DNA from: a bacterium
Lineage (GTDB): Bacteria > Patescibacteriota > Gracilibacteria > UBA1369 > PNNO01
Assembly: GCA_013824265.1 (NCBI GenBank)
Contig: PNNO01000003.1
Location: forward strand, 12,902 to 76,901
Direction of reading: 5' to 3'
DNA: 64,000 nt
Shown: piece by piece, positions 28,822 to 39,233 of the stretch
How the letters are laid out: each line of letters begins with the position of its first letter
Numbering within the stretch: position 1 is the stretch's first letter
Position numbers and translations under genes: made by a program
The notes under the pieces: model-generated
Told to the model about the DNA's origin: nothing
What the model saw: only the letters and a program-made list of their open reading frames with translations
Databases searched by the model: none

Positions 28822-30591
28822 GTGTCGGACATAATTGCGGACATAAAGGCTAGGCTGAATATTGAGGATGTTGTTTCACATTACGTTCAGCTTAAACAAT
28901 CCGGCAGAAACTTTAAGGGTTTGTGCCCTTTTCATCAGGAAAAAACTCCCAGTTTTATGGTGAGTCCGGATAAACAGATAGCTTATTGTTTTGGCTGTCA
29001 TAAGGGCGGGGATGCAATAAAATTTATACAGGAAGTTGAAGGTGTTGAGTTTAAAGATGCGGTGAAAATTCTTGCAGATAAAGCTGGTATTAATATCGCA
29101 GATTACCAGTTTACCGGCGACAATACCGGTTTAAAGTCTGAGAAAAATGAACTTTATGAAATGCACGGGGTGGCTTTGGCTTTTTATGAAAAAGAGCTGT
29201 GGAATACTGAAAATGGAGCAAAGGTGCTTGAATATTTAAGAGGGAGGGGACTTACGGATGAAACTATAAGGTTTTTCCATTTTGGTTTGGCTCCTGATTC
29301 TTTTGATCAAACACAGATGCATCTTGTTAAGGCCGGTTATTCCAGGAAAATGATAGCTCTTGGTGGCCTTGCTATTGCTAAAAATACGCAGGCAGACAAT
29401 GTCTATGATAGATTCAGAGCGCGTTTAATGATTCCGATTTACGATTCCTTGGGGAAAATAGTTGGTTTTGGCGGAAGGGCTTTAAAAAAAGATGATCAGC
29501 CAAAATATTTAAATTCTCCTGATTCTCCAATTTATAGCAAAAGCGAAGTTCTTTATGGATATAATTTCGCTAAGGACTCAATAAAAAGAGATGACAATGT
29601 GGTTTTGGTTGAAGGATATTTTGATGTAATTATGTCTCATCAGGCTGGAGTAACAAATACGGTAGCGACTTCCGGTACGGCGCTCACTCTTCAGCAGATA
29701 AAGCTTATAAAGAGATTTACGAAAAATATGGTATTCAGTTTTGATACCGATAAAGCGGGTATAGACGCTGCAAAACGTGGATTTGAGCTTGCCCAGCATG
29801 AAGCAATGAATGTTCAGGTTATAACCGGGCTTGCGGCAAAGGACCCTGCGGATTTCATAAAGGAAAAGCCGGATGAATGGAAAGGGTTGATTGTTAAATC
29901 CATTCCGTTTATGCAATTTTGTATAGAGGATGTTGTTGCAGCCAATGATACAAAATCTCTTCAGGGTAAAAAGAAAATTCTGGCTTCTCTTATGCCGTTT
30001 TTTCATATGCTTACAAGCTCGTTCGAAAAGGATTATTTTGTCCGCGAATTGTCGCAAAAGCTGGATATAAAGGAAGTTGTAATTTATGACGAAATGAAAA
30101 GCAGAAGAACCGTGGAAATTGTGCAGAATATAAAAAATACAGAGTTAAAGGCCAAGGAAAGCAGAAAAATTGATAGTCTTGATCTGTTTTTTGGACTTGT
30201 TTTTGAATATCCTGTCATTCTTGAAGAAAACTTTAATGTTATTCCTGAAAAAATGCTTGAAGAAAACGAAAAAAGCATTTACAAGGTATTCAAAGATAAC
30301 TATAATTTGCTTCGAGCAGAGGGTAGGAGAAAAGATTTTTTGGCGTGTCTAGATGATGATATTCAGCAGAGAATACAGATGATCTCACTTTTCGTTGACG
30401 AGCTGTACGGAGCTTACAGTGAAGACATGGTTAAGGGTGAGGCAAAAAAACTGCTTGACAAAGTAATGAAAAAATTGCTTAATCAGCAAAAGCGCGATAT
30501 ATCCGCACGGATTCGCATTGCAGAAAAAGAAGGGGATTTGAAAGCTGCAAAAGAGTTGCTTGAACAACTTCAAAAACTAGTGAGCTCTTAA
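28822..30591 (+). CDS. dnaG: DNA primase
   Basis: CPFH..KTPSF...CFGC zinc finger, PKYLNSP, VEGYFDV, FDTDKAG, KDPAD. Confidence 0.97.
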   Translation: MSDIIADIKARLNIEDVVSHYVQLKQSGRNFKGLCPFHQEKTPSFMVSPDKQIAYCFGCHKGGDAIKFIQEVEGVEFKDAVKILADKAGINIADYQFTGDNTGLKSEKNELYEMHGVALAFYEKELWNTENGAKVLEYLRGRGLTDETIRFFHFGLAPDSFDQTQMHLVKAGYSRKMIALGGLAIAKNTQADNVYDRFRARLMIPIYDSLGKIVGFGGRALKKDDQPKYLNSPDSPIYSKSEVLYGYNFAKDSIKRDDNVVLVEGYFDVIMSHQAGVTNTVATSGTALTLQQIKLIKRFTKNMVFSFDTDKAGIDAAKRGFELAQHEAMNVQVITGLAAKDPADFIKEKPDEWKGLIVKSIPFMQFCIEDVVAANDTKSLQGKKKILASLMPFFHMLTSSFEKDYFVRELSQKLDIKEVVIYDEMKSRRTVEIVQNIKNTELKAKESRKIDSLDLFFGLVFEYPVILEENFNVIPEKMLEENEKSIYKVFKDNYNLLRAEGRRKDFLACLDDDIQQRIQMISLFVDELYGAYSEDMVKGEAKKLLDKVMKKLLNQQKRDISARIRIAEKEGDLKAAKELLEQLQKLVSS

Positions 30592-30601
30592 AATACATCG
30601 T

Positions 30602-31720
30602 ATGGTACGTACCAAAAAATTCATTGTCCATCCAACGGATGACAAACTCGCTCAGTTCCCGCCGGAGGTAAGAACTCTTGTTACCAAGGGAAGGCAACAG
30701 GGCTTTGTTACGCAACAGGAACTGATGAAAGCTGTTCCAAACGTAGAGGAAGATCTTTTGCTTTTGGATGAGATCTACAGTCTTTTCCTTGATCTTGGAA
30801 TTGACGTAATAGACGTTAAGGACGCGATGATATGGAATAATAAGGAAGAAGAAGAAGTTGAAGAGAAAAAAGAAAAAAAGACAGTTGAGCTTAGGGAGAT
30901 AGCAAATGATTCAATTCGTCTTTATCTTTGTGAAATTGGAAAAGTACAATTGCTTACCGGAAAAGAGGAAATTGAGCTTGCTCGTGCAATAAAGAAAGGT
31001 GATCAGACCGCAAAACAAAGGCTTGCAGAAGCTAATTTGAGGCTTGTAGTTAGTATTGCAAAAAAATATATCGGCAGAGGTCTTTCTTTCTTGGATCTTA
31101 TTCAGGAAGGAAATATTGGTCTTTTCAGGGCGGTTGAAAAATTTGATCCAAATAGAGGATTTAAGTTTTCAACATATGCTACATGGTGGATTCGTCAGGC
31201 CATAACACGTGCAATCGCTGATCAGGCAAGGACTATCAGAATTCCGGTGCACATGGTTGAAACCATAAACAAGCTTACTCATGCTCAAAGAAGACTTGTT
31301 CAGGAGCTTGGACGAGAGCCGTTGGTTGAAGAACTTGCAGCTGAAATGGATATGGATATTAAAAAAGTTCGTCATATAATGAAGATTTCTCAGGATATTG
31401 TTTCTTTGGAGGCTCCGGTAGGAACCGAAGAAGATAGCAAGCTTGGAGATTTTATCGAGGATGACGATGCCCTTTCTCCGGCTGATGCTACGAATAGGCA
31501 GATTATCAAGGAAAATATACACGAGATGCTTCAATATCTTTCTCCACGTGAGAGAAAAATTATTGAAATGCGTTTTGGACTTAAAGACGGAGTCGGACAT
31601 ACTTTGGAAGAAGTTGGACATGAATTTAACGTTACGCGAGAACGTATCAGACAAATTGAGGCCAAGGTCCTTCAGAAGCTTAAAGAGCATCCAACAAGTA
31701 TAAAAATCAGGCCAAATTGA
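30602..31720 (+). CDS. rpoD: Primary sigma factor (sigma70/SigA)
   Basis: [61 protein letters not shown]. Confidence 0.98.
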   Translation: MVRTKKFIVHPTDDKLAQFPPEVRTLVTKGRQQGFVTQQELMKAVPNVEEDLLLLDEIYSLFLDLGIDVIDVKDAMIWNNKEEEEVEEKKEKKTVELREIANDSIRLYLCEIGKVQLLTGKEEIELARAIKKGDQTAKQRLAEANLRLVVSIAKKYIGRGLSFLDLIQEGNIGLFRAVEKFDPNRGFKFSTYATWWIRQAITRAIADQARTIRIPVHMVETINKLTHAQRRLVQELGREPLVEELAAEMDMDIKKVRHIMKISQDIVSLEAPVGTEEDSKLGDFIEDDDALSPADATNRQIIKENIHEMLQYLSPRERKIIEMRFGLKDGVGHTLEEVGHEFNVTRERIRQIEAKVLQKLKEHPTSIKIRPN

Positions 31721-31748
31721 TCGATAAAATTACTTAACTTTAATTGTT

Positions 31749-32246
31749 ATGTCAGACCAAGCTAATAATGAGGACAAAGTGACCCTTGTAACCAAGGATG
31801 GTTATAAGAAGCTTACTGAAGAATTGGAAGGTTTAAAAAACGTAAAACGTAGGGAAATCGCCAGCAGAATAAAAGAGGCGATAAGTTACGGAGATTTGTC
31901 GGAAAACTCTGAATATGAAGAGGCTAAAAATGAACAGGCTTTTATAGAAGGCCGAATTTTGGAACTTGAAGAGAAGGTTAAAAGTGCGGAAATTATTGAT
32001 GAGAAAAAGAAGGCAGGAGATAAAACCGTTCAACTTGGGTCATCTGTTACTGTTAGAAATAAGTCCATTAAAGGATCTAAACCTACAGAATATATTATTG
32101 TGGGTTCTACAGAGGCCGATTATGAACATAAGATTTCAAATGAATCACCCGTTGGAAGTGCATTGCTGGATAAATCGGTCGGAGAAAATGTTAAAGTAGT
32201 TGTTCCTGCCGGAGTTGTTGAATACGAAATTATCAATATTAATTAA
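31749..32246 (+). CDS. greA: Transcription elongation factor GreA
   Basis: GDLSENSEYEEAK, ISNESPVGSALL. Confidence 0.97.
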   Translation: MSDQANNEDKVTLVTKDGYKKLTEELEGLKNVKRREIASRIKEAISYGDLSENSEYEEAKNEQAFIEGRILELEEKVKSAEIIDEKKKAGDKTVQLGSSVTVRNKSIKGSKPTEYIIVGSTEADYEHKISNESPVGSALLDKSVGENVKVVVPAGVVEYEIININ

Positions 32247-33473
32247 ATGTCAATTTCCAGGGGAAAGAGTATTGCTAAAATTATCTTGCACGTTTTTAGT
32301 GTTCTTTTGTTTGTTTTTGCCACTTCTTATGCACTTTTGGCTGCATATGGATATCAAATCGATCTTTTGCATAAGAATATTTTCAAAACAAGCATAGTGG
32401 ATTTGGTTGGAACTTATAATGATATACATGTTTATATGGATTCCGAGGAGGTTTCTGATAGAATTCCATATCAAATTAAAAACATAAAGCCTGGGACTTA
32501 TACTATAAATATAGATAGTGAGAAATTTAATAATTGGAAGAGGACTGTTAGTGTAGTTGAGGACTTAGTAACCATAATTAACGATATATATTTAGTTCCG
32601 AAGGATTTGAAAATAAAAACTGTATTTGATGAATTTGATTTTATATATGATGATATGGTCTTCAATGGGAAGACGATTGTTTTCGTTAATAAAGAAAAAG
32701 GGCTTTTGCATGAGTTTAATATTGATGGCGGGATTGAAGAAGAAATTAAAACAACTACTTTGTTGAATAAAATTCAATATGAAAAAGTTTATTCGGCAGG
32801 GGATAAATATATTGTTTTTGATGGTGGCAAAGAAGGCGACCACGAAGTTAACTTGTTGGATCTTTCGTCCGATACACTAACTAAAATCATTGTTCCCGAT
32901 GAGTTCGTTGATTTTAATATAGGTTATAATTTTGGAATAAAAGGATTTTATTTAAACGGAGGGTCTCTTTTCTCGGTTGATATAGACGAGCAGGGGATTT
33001 TTAAAGGAATAACTTTGCTTACAGAGTTATCTGCAGTAAATGATATTGAAGTTTATTCGGATGGTGGCTTAATTTTTATAAAAACAGAGGAAGGACTCTA
33101 TGAGTATAGAGATAGCCTTCTTGCTTTGATTGATTCTGATATTTATCTTGGGCCATACGTTTCTCCATATGGGGATAAGGCTGTTTATGTCTTGGATGGG
33201 GGAGAGATATATACTTATTCTTTTGAATCCAAAGAAAGTTTTTTAATTGGGCGTTTTGTGCATAAAATTGACCAAATAGCTTGGTTCTTCGATGGGAAAC
33301 ATATTCTGCTTGCACAGAATGGAAAGCTGCTTTTTTGTGATTTAACTATGGAAAATTGTCCGGTTTTGAATGAAGAGATTCTTCTAGATAATATCTTTGT
33401 ATCAAAAACAAAACCCCTCATTCTTTTGATTACAAAGGAGGGGTTTGGAAAAATTGATCTTAGTCTGATTTAA
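32247..33473 (+). CDS. Membrane-anchored PEGA-like domain plus beta-propeller-like protein
   Basis: N-terminal TM followed by AYGYQID; IKPGTYTINI....NWKRTVSV (PEGA-like); SPYG and WFFDGKHI propeller-like blades. Confidence 0.65.
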   Translation: MSISRGKSIAKIILHVFSVLLFVFATSYALLAAYGYQIDLLHKNIFKTSIVDLVGTYNDIHVYMDSEEVSDRIPYQIKNIKPGTYTINIDSEKFNNWKRTVSVVEDLVTIINDIYLVPKDLKIKTVFDEFDFIYDDMVFNGKTIVFVNKEKGLLHEFNIDGGIEEEIKTTTLLNKIQYEKVYSAGDKYIVFDGGKEGDHEVNLLDLSSDTLTKIIVPDEFVDFNIGYNFGIKGFYLNGGSLFSVDIDEQGIFKGITLLTELSAVNDIEVYSDGGLIFIKTEEGLYEYRDSLLALIDSDIYLGPYVSPYGDKAVYVLDGGEIYTYSFESKESFLIGRFVHKIDQIAWFFDGKHILLAQNGKLLFCDLTMENCPVLNEEILLDNIFVSKTKPLILLITKEGFGKIDLSLI

Positions 33474-33884
33474 TTATTTTTTCTTTTTCTTTGTTGAGTA
33501 ACCGGTCTTTTGCTCTTCTTTTGACTGTTTTGGCTTTGTTATATTTTTCATTTCAGGATACTTCGTGAAAAAATGATAAATGTTTAAGCCTATTATGTAA
33601 AAAGATATCAAAAGTGTGACATAAAGAAGAAATCTCATGCTTAAATATGGGACTGCGCTTGTCCTGGATGCTATTAAAATTGCCAATGTGATACCCATCC
33701 AAATAAAATGCCCCGGGGTGTTTCTGTAAACTTTTCTTAGTGCCTTGTTATCTTTTTTTACTATCATCAGTATTTTTACCAGAACGGCAATTGCTATAAG
33801 TACAATGGCATAAATCATTACCGTGGTTGAATAACTGAATGCCGCTCCCGGTGTAGGGCTAAACAAATAACTGACTGCTTGCAT
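33474..33884 (-). CDS. Hypothetical membrane protein (3 TM, basic tail)
   Basis: Hydrophobic segments, PYLSMRF, KKKK C-terminus. Confidence 0.75.
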   Translation of the reverse strand: MQAVSYLFSPTPGAAFSYSTTVMIYAIVLIAIAVLVKILMIVKKDNKALRKVYRNTPGHFIWMGITLAILIASRTSAVPYLSMRFLLYVTLLISFYIIGLNIYHFFTKYPEMKNITKPKQSKEEQKTGYSTKKKKK

Positions 33885-33910
33885 AATTTCTTGATGTTAA
33901 GAATATATTA

Positions 33911-34309
33911 TTACTTTTTTTTGTTACCGCGATCTTTTTTGTGGACTTTATTCTTTTTATTTTTTTGTAAAACATCATCCTTCTTGTTTTCCTTCATTTT
34001 AAGTGTAGGAGTTGGTACGCTTGCCTGAGCCAAAGTTTCATATTCGAGGTCTTCGAAGAACTTTTCTATTAATGTTTTTGCAGGTCTTATTCCAAGATAA
34101 ATAAAGATTCCAAAAATATTTAATACAACAACTAAAATGATCGATATTATTTGATATACAACATTATTGGATCTGCTGATTATGTCTTTGGTTGTCCAAA
34201 TTATAAGTGATATCCAAAGCAAAACCAGATATCCAAGTATTGCCGCTATTATAATTCTTGAAATATCGGCATAGGTAACCCACGCTATGATTTCAGACAA
34301 ACTTGGCAT
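33911..34309 (-). CDS. Hypothetical membrane protein (2 TM, basic tail)
   Basis: W...DI..R and G..IYL.IRP..TL pattern; co-directional with neighbours. Confidence 0.75.
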   Translation of the reverse strand: MPSLSEIIAWVTYADISRIIIAAILGYLVLLWISLIIWTTKDIISRSNNVVYQIISIILVVVLNIFGIFIYLGIRPAKTLIEKFFEDLEYETLAQASVPTPTLKMKENKKDDVLQKNKKNKVHKKDRGNKKK

Positions 34310-34311
34310 AA

Positions 34312-35103
34312 TTAAGAGTTATCAGATTCTTGTTTATCACGTTTCCTATTATACATTCTTGCTAAATATCCGCCAGCAATTGTAAACACAAATAAAGCCA
34401 GCCATTGTTCTTCTCTTAGGCCTGCATATATAAAAACATCATCTCCGCGCAGGAATCCTTCAATAAACATAAGCATTAAATAAATCAAAGTCCCCATAAA
34501 GGCTGTTTTTCCGGCTACTGGTTTTTGTTTTCTGTAGTACATAAATAAAGAAATGGCTACTATTATGCTGTATAAAAAAGCGTAAATTTGAGTTGGATGT
34601 ATTGGTACCGCGTATTTTATGGATGGATTATCAAAAACAATGCCCCATGGCAGCGATGTTACATTTCCGTAAGCACTGCCGTCCAAAAAAGTCCCTATGT
34701 GTCCTATTGAGAGCGCAAAAATTACAGAAATAGTTAGTATATCAAGCCATTTTTTTGTTTGTTCCTGCTCCTTCCTGGAGTAATAAAAAAGTGCGATTAT
34801 AATCCCAATTATTCCTCCAAGCAGAGATAAACCCTTATCCCATATTGATAACATGCTTAAAAATGAATTTATCGAAAAATCCGGAAGGTAGTATTGTAAA
34901 TTTCTTAATATAAAAAATAAGCGTGCGCCAATAAGGCCACAAACAAAAAATGCCAAGCTGTGATCATAAATGAAATTCATATTTAACCTTTTTTGTTGTG
35001 CAAGTAAGGAAAAAATGAATACTCCAAGTAAAAACCCCACTCCCGTTAAAAGCCAAAGTGAATAAACTATTATAGGTCCGATTTGGAAAAGTACAGGAAA
35101 CAT
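34312..35103 (-). CDS. lgt: Prolipoprotein diacylglyceryl transferase-like protein, divergent active site
   Basis: MFPVLFQIGP, IGARLFF, LPWGI.F, HPTQIY; about seven TM helices. Confidence 0.8.
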   Translation of the reverse strand: MFPVLFQIGPIIVYSLWLLTGVGFLLGVFIFSLLAQQKRLNMNFIYDHSLAFFVCGLIGARLFFILRNLQYYLPDFSINSFLSMLSIWDKGLSLLGGIIGIIIALFYYSRKEQEQTKKWLDILTISVIFALSIGHIGTFLDGSAYGNVTSLPWGIVFDNPSIKYAVPIHPTQIYAFLYSIIVAISLFMYYRKQKPVAGKTAFMGTLIYLMLMFIEGFLRGDDVFIYAGLREEQWLALFVFTIAGGYLARMYNRKRDKQESDNS

Positions 35104-35159
35104 AAATTACTTGGATCAATACGATCGCAATTGTACAGAAAAACAGCTATATTCCGCAA

Positions 35160-36554
35160 TTAAAAATTGAATACGATTATAAAAGATGTAAGTGCGAAAA
35201 TCGGAAATAAAATTAAGCTTGCCATTGAATTCTTTTTGAAAAAATTTATTTTTATGCTTGTTGTTATGTGTAAAAGAAAAACCAGAGGCAGAATGTATTT
35301 AACTATGCCCGTGTTAAAAAGAAAGAATAATGTCGGGATGTCTGAATTTGTGAAAATAAGATTCTTGTTCAATATCAACTCTGAAATAAAGTAATAGGTT
35401 AAATAGTAAAATAAAAGCCATCCACTGAGGCCATTAGTTATTGAAACTATTTTTTCAAATGTGCTTAGTTCGTCTTCAGCTTTTAATCGGTTATTTTCAT
35501 TGCGTTTAAGAATTGCAATTTTTTCTTTTAATTTCTTCTTTTGAATATGCAATTGCTTGATACTTTTGTTGGCAGATTGTCTATATTCCTGATCTTTTGA
35601 TTTTATAACTACTGAAAAATATTGTTTTAAGTCTTTATTTAATTCGCTTATTTTTTTTCTTAATATTCTTATCTCTTTATCTTCAGAAATAAATTTTAAG
35701 ACAATTGAATAGAAGAAATTTTTTATTTTGTCAGAGACCAATACCTTTGCTCTATCTCTTATATGCTCCGATTGCCACCTCTCGATTTGATCCTGAAGGT
35801 CTTCATATAGCCCAAAATCCTTTCCTCTCTGAATTGCTTCTATCATTTCCTGAGTATCCGTATAAAGTCCCAGTTTGTCGTCTATACCTTCTTTTTTTGA
35901 AATGAAAATCTCAGCTCTTTGCAAATATTTAAGAAGATCTTTGCAGGTATTTTTTAAATATTCCAGATTGGTTGTGTTTTTTAAACGAAGAATTTTATTA
36001 ACGTAATCTTTTATTTTTTGCTTATCTTGAGGATTTAGATCGCTCGCAAATTTATCTATTATTTCCGATACTTTTTTTAAAACGAAATCAACCTGGCGCA
36101 TTACAAGTGCCTTTTCTTTATCGAAACTTCTATCTATCTTTTTTAATTTTTCATTATGGAACATTTCGGTATTTTTCCTAACCTCTTTTTGATATTGCCT
36201 CATAAGGTCAATAATCCCAGCTGTTTTTTGTTTTTCCTTGTCTTCCTTGCTTAAACTATTTTCAACAACATATCTTACATCAAGATCATATTCGGTAATT
36301 AGTCTCTTAAATGCACTATATCTGTCTTCCGAAACTATTGTTCCAATTATGTTCCTTTTTTCTTTGTCTATCCCGCTGAATTCAAACTTTAATCCCGCTT
36401 CGTCGGTAACTATCTGTTCACTTTCTTCTATTGAAATTACCGAAAAACCCAGTTCTTTAAGGTCGTTTTGGGCAATATCCAGAGTTGGAGCGTCAACAAC
36501 GCCGGATAACTGTCGGTTTTCTTTGTTTACAACAATGTACCTAAATTTTGGCAT
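35160..36554 (-). CDS. Hypothetical protein: two tandem PilC/GspF-N-terminal-like motifs, helical middle, C-terminal TM helices
   Basis: MPKFRY.......SGVVDA....A...LKELGF.VISI, repeated as KFEFSGIDKE.....GTI......A.KRL. Confidence 0.7.
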   Translation of the reverse strand: MPKFRYIVVNKENRQLSGVVDAPTLDIAQNDLKELGFSVISIEESEQIVTDEAGLKFEFSGIDKEKRNIIGTIVSEDRYSAFKRLITEYDLDVRYVVENSLSKEDKEKQKTAGIIDLMRQYQKEVRKNTEMFHNEKLKKIDRSFDKEKALVMRQVDFVLKKVSEIIDKFASDLNPQDKQKIKDYVNKILRLKNTTNLEYLKNTCKDLLKYLQRAEIFISKKEGIDDKLGLYTDTQEMIEAIQRGKDFGLYEDLQDQIERWQSEHIRDRAKVLVSDKIKNFFYSIVLKFISEDKEIRILRKKISELNKDLKQYFSVVIKSKDQEYRQSANKSIKQLHIQKKKLKEKIAILKRNENNRLKAEDELSTFEKIVSITNGLSGWLLFYYLTYYFISELILNKNLIFTNSDIPTLFFLFNTGIVKYILPLVFLLHITTSIKINFFKKNSMASLILFPIFALTSFIIVFNF

Positions 36555-36569
36555 ATTCTTAAACCGTAT

Positions 36570-38192
36570 TTACTTGCTATTTTGAATACTTGCTTCAATA
36601 AATCCGTAAAACAGTGGATGAGGTCTATTTGGTCTTGAAAGAAATTCAGGATGGAATTGTGAACCGATCATAAATGGATGATCCTTAATTTCAGCAATTT
36701 CAACAAGATTCTGCTTAGGGTTTATACCGGATATAACAAACCCTTTGCTTTCCAATTTCGCTTTGAATTTATTATTAAATTCGTACCTGTGTCTGTGTCT
36801 TTCATTTATTACATCTTTGTCATAAAGTTTCTTGGTTTTTGTTCCCGGAACAAGTTTGCATGGATATGATCCAAGCCTAAGAGTCCCTCCTTTTTCTCTT
36901 TGCGCAGATTGTCCCGGTAAAAAGTGAATTATATATTTATCAGGATTAATCTTACATTTTTCATCAAATTCTTCCGATGTAATTTGATTGTCTTTTAGGA
37001 AGTGTCTTGCGAATTCAATGGACATTATTTGCATTCCAAGACAAAGTCCAAGATAAGGAATTTTATTCTCTCTCGCATATTTCGCCGCCTGTATTTTGCC
37101 TTCGGTACCTCTTATTCCGAATCCTCCAGGAACAACAATTCCGTCCGCTTCTTTTAATTTCTTCCATGTTTTTTCATCATTTTCTTCCAGTTTGCTTGAA
37201 TCTATCCATATCAAATCAAGTTTTCTTGATTGATGGTAACAAGCTATTTTTAATGATTCTATTACGCTTATATAGGCATCATCCAAGCCTGTATATTTTC
37301 CGACCAGTGCGATTTTTAATGGAGCTCCATCCTTCTTTATTTTATCAACAAGCGTTTTCCATTCTTTTAAATTTGGCTTTACTTTGCCAAGATTTAATTG
37401 TTTTCCGATAAGTTGAGCGACATTGTAGCTTTCAAACATTAGCGGAACTTCATAAATTGAATCTGCCGTAGGGGTTGGTATTACGTGGTCAACGGGAACG
37501 TCGCAGAATAAAGAAATCTTTTTAAGCAGTTCTTTAGCAATTGGGTAATCCGCTCTTGTAAAAATGAAATCCGGCATTATACCCATTGCTCTAAGCTCTC
37601 TTACAGAGGCTTGTGTCGGTTTTGTTTTAAGTTCCTTGGAACCTCTTAGATAAGGGAGAAGAGTAAGGTGTATGAAAAGCGTATTTTCCTTGCCGAGTTC
37701 GTGTCTCATTTGCCTTATTGCTTCCATAAAAGGTTGCCCTTCTATATCTCCAACTGTTCCTCCGATTTCACAAATAATTATATCAGCGCGGCTTGCTTTT
37801 GCGGCATCCTTCATCCTTCTTTTTATTTCGTCTGTTATGTGCGGAATTATTTGTATTGTGCCGCCAAGATACGTACCCTGTCTTTCATTTGAAATTACCT
37901 GAGAATAAATTTTACCTGTACTTACCGAAGACTGTTGTGAAAGATTAACGTCGATAAATCTTTCATAATGACCCAGATCCAGGTCAGTTTCCGCTCCATC
38001 ATCCGTTACAAACACTTCTCCATGTTGAAAGGGGCTCATTGTTCCTGGATCAACGTTTATGTAAGGGTCCAATTTCTGAGTGAATACGCGAAAGCCTGAT
38101 GTCGTCAGGAGGGTGCCGATAGACGCGGTAGTTATACCTTTTCCAAGTGAGCTACATACGCCTCCTGTAACAAATATGTATTTGGTTGCCAT
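36570..38192 (-). CDS. pyrG: CTP synthase
   Basis: KYIFVTGGVCSSLGKG, DPGTMSPFQHGEVFVTDDGAETDLDLGHYERF, GLCLGMQ, QFHPEF. Confidence 0.98.
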   Translation of the reverse strand: MATKYIFVTGGVCSSLGKGITTASIGTLLTTSGFRVFTQKLDPYINVDPGTMSPFQHGEVFVTDDGAETDLDLGHYERFIDVNLSQQSSVSTGKIYSQVISNERQGTYLGGTIQIIPHITDEIKRRMKDAAKASRADIIICEIGGTVGDIEGQPFMEAIRQMRHELGKENTLFIHLTLLPYLRGSKELKTKPTQASVRELRAMGIMPDFIFTRADYPIAKELLKKISLFCDVPVDHVIPTPTADSIYEVPLMFESYNVAQLIGKQLNLGKVKPNLKEWKTLVDKIKKDGAPLKIALVGKYTGLDDAYISVIESLKIACYHQSRKLDLIWIDSSKLEENDEKTWKKLKEADGIVVPGGFGIRGTEGKIQAAKYARENKIPYLGLCLGMQIMSIEFARHFLKDNQITSEEFDEKCKINPDKYIIHFLPGQSAQREKGGTLRLGSYPCKLVPGTKTKKLYDKDVINERHRHRYEFNNKFKAKLESKGFVISGINPKQNLVEIAEIKDHPFMIGSQFHPEFLSRPNRPHPLFYGFIEASIQNSK

Positions 38193-38198
38193 ATAGAT

Positions 38199-39179
38199 TT
38201 AAACGAAGTTATTGACGTATCCTACAGCTTTTCGCACTTTTTCCATCATTTTCTCCGATTCTTCCTTTGCTTTTTGAGCTCCGTCTTTTAACACTTTATT
38301 AATGTAATCTAAATTGTTTGCGAGTTCAATTCTTTTTTCACGGTATGGACCAAAGAATTCAATTAGTTTCTCCAATAAAAGTTTTTTTGCTTCTCCGTAG
38401 CCAAAACCACCGGATTCGTACTTGTTTTTGAGGTCTTTTATTTCGCTGTCGCTAGCGAATAGGGTGTAAAGGTAAAATACATTGCATGTGTTTGTGTCTT
38501 TTGGCTGTTCCAAAGGCGTTGAGTCGGTTTGAATACTCATAACCTGCTTCTTTAGATCTTTATCATCGGCAAAAATTTCTATAACATTCCCATAGCTTTT
38601 ACTCATTTTTTGTCCGTCTGTCCCTTTAATTGTGGCTGATTCTTCAGGGATGTAAGGTTCAGGAAGTTTAAAAGTTTCTCCAAATATCGAATTGAATTTT
38701 ATAGCTATATCTCTTGCAATTTCTACGTGCTGTTTTTGATCTTTTCCAACCGGGACAAGATCGGGGCTATACAAAAGGATGTCCGCAGCCATTAAAACCG
38801 GATATCCAAATAGCCCGGCGGTTGGCTCTTTTTTGCCTTTTTCCAGTGCGTCTTTCCATGCGTGTGCGCGTTCAAGAAGTCCGTGTGGAGTTACGCAATC
38901 CAGTATCCATTTAAGCTGAGTATGTTCATAAATGTCGCTTTGTTTGAAGAAAACTGTTTTCTTTGGATCAAGTCCCAGTGCAAGATAATCAAGAACCAAA
39001 TGAAGAGTTGACGTCTTCATCTTTTCAGGGTCTCTTACTGTTGTTAGGGCATGATAGTCGGCTATAAAAATGAAGCTTTCATATTTGTCCTGCATTTCAA
39101 TATGATGCTTCATTGCCCCGAAATAATTCCCTAAATGTGGATTCCCGCTTGGTTGTACGCCGGAAAGTATTCGTTTCAT
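38199..39179 (-). CDS. trpS: Tryptophan-tRNA ligase
   Basis: SGVQPSG..HLGNY, YPVLMAADIL, VPVGKDQ, KMSKS. Confidence 0.98.
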   Translation of the reverse strand: MKRILSGVQPSGNPHLGNYFGAMKHHIEMQDKYESFIFIADYHALTTVRDPEKMKTSTLHLVLDYLALGLDPKKTVFFKQSDIYEHTQLKWILDCVTPHGLLERAHAWKDALEKGKKEPTAGLFGYPVLMAADILLYSPDLVPVGKDQKQHVEIARDIAIKFNSIFGETFKLPEPYIPEESATIKGTDGQKMSKSYGNVIEIFADDKDLKKQVMSIQTDSTPLEQPKDTNTCNVFYLYTLFASDSEIKDLKNKYESGGFGYGEAKKLLLEKLIEFFGPYREKRIELANNLDYINKVLKDGAQKAKEESEKMMEKVRKAVGYVNNFV

Positions 39180-39233
39180 TTTTTCAGTTAAATATCAGGG
39201 AGATTATACTTAAGATTTCCGACGATGCCAATA

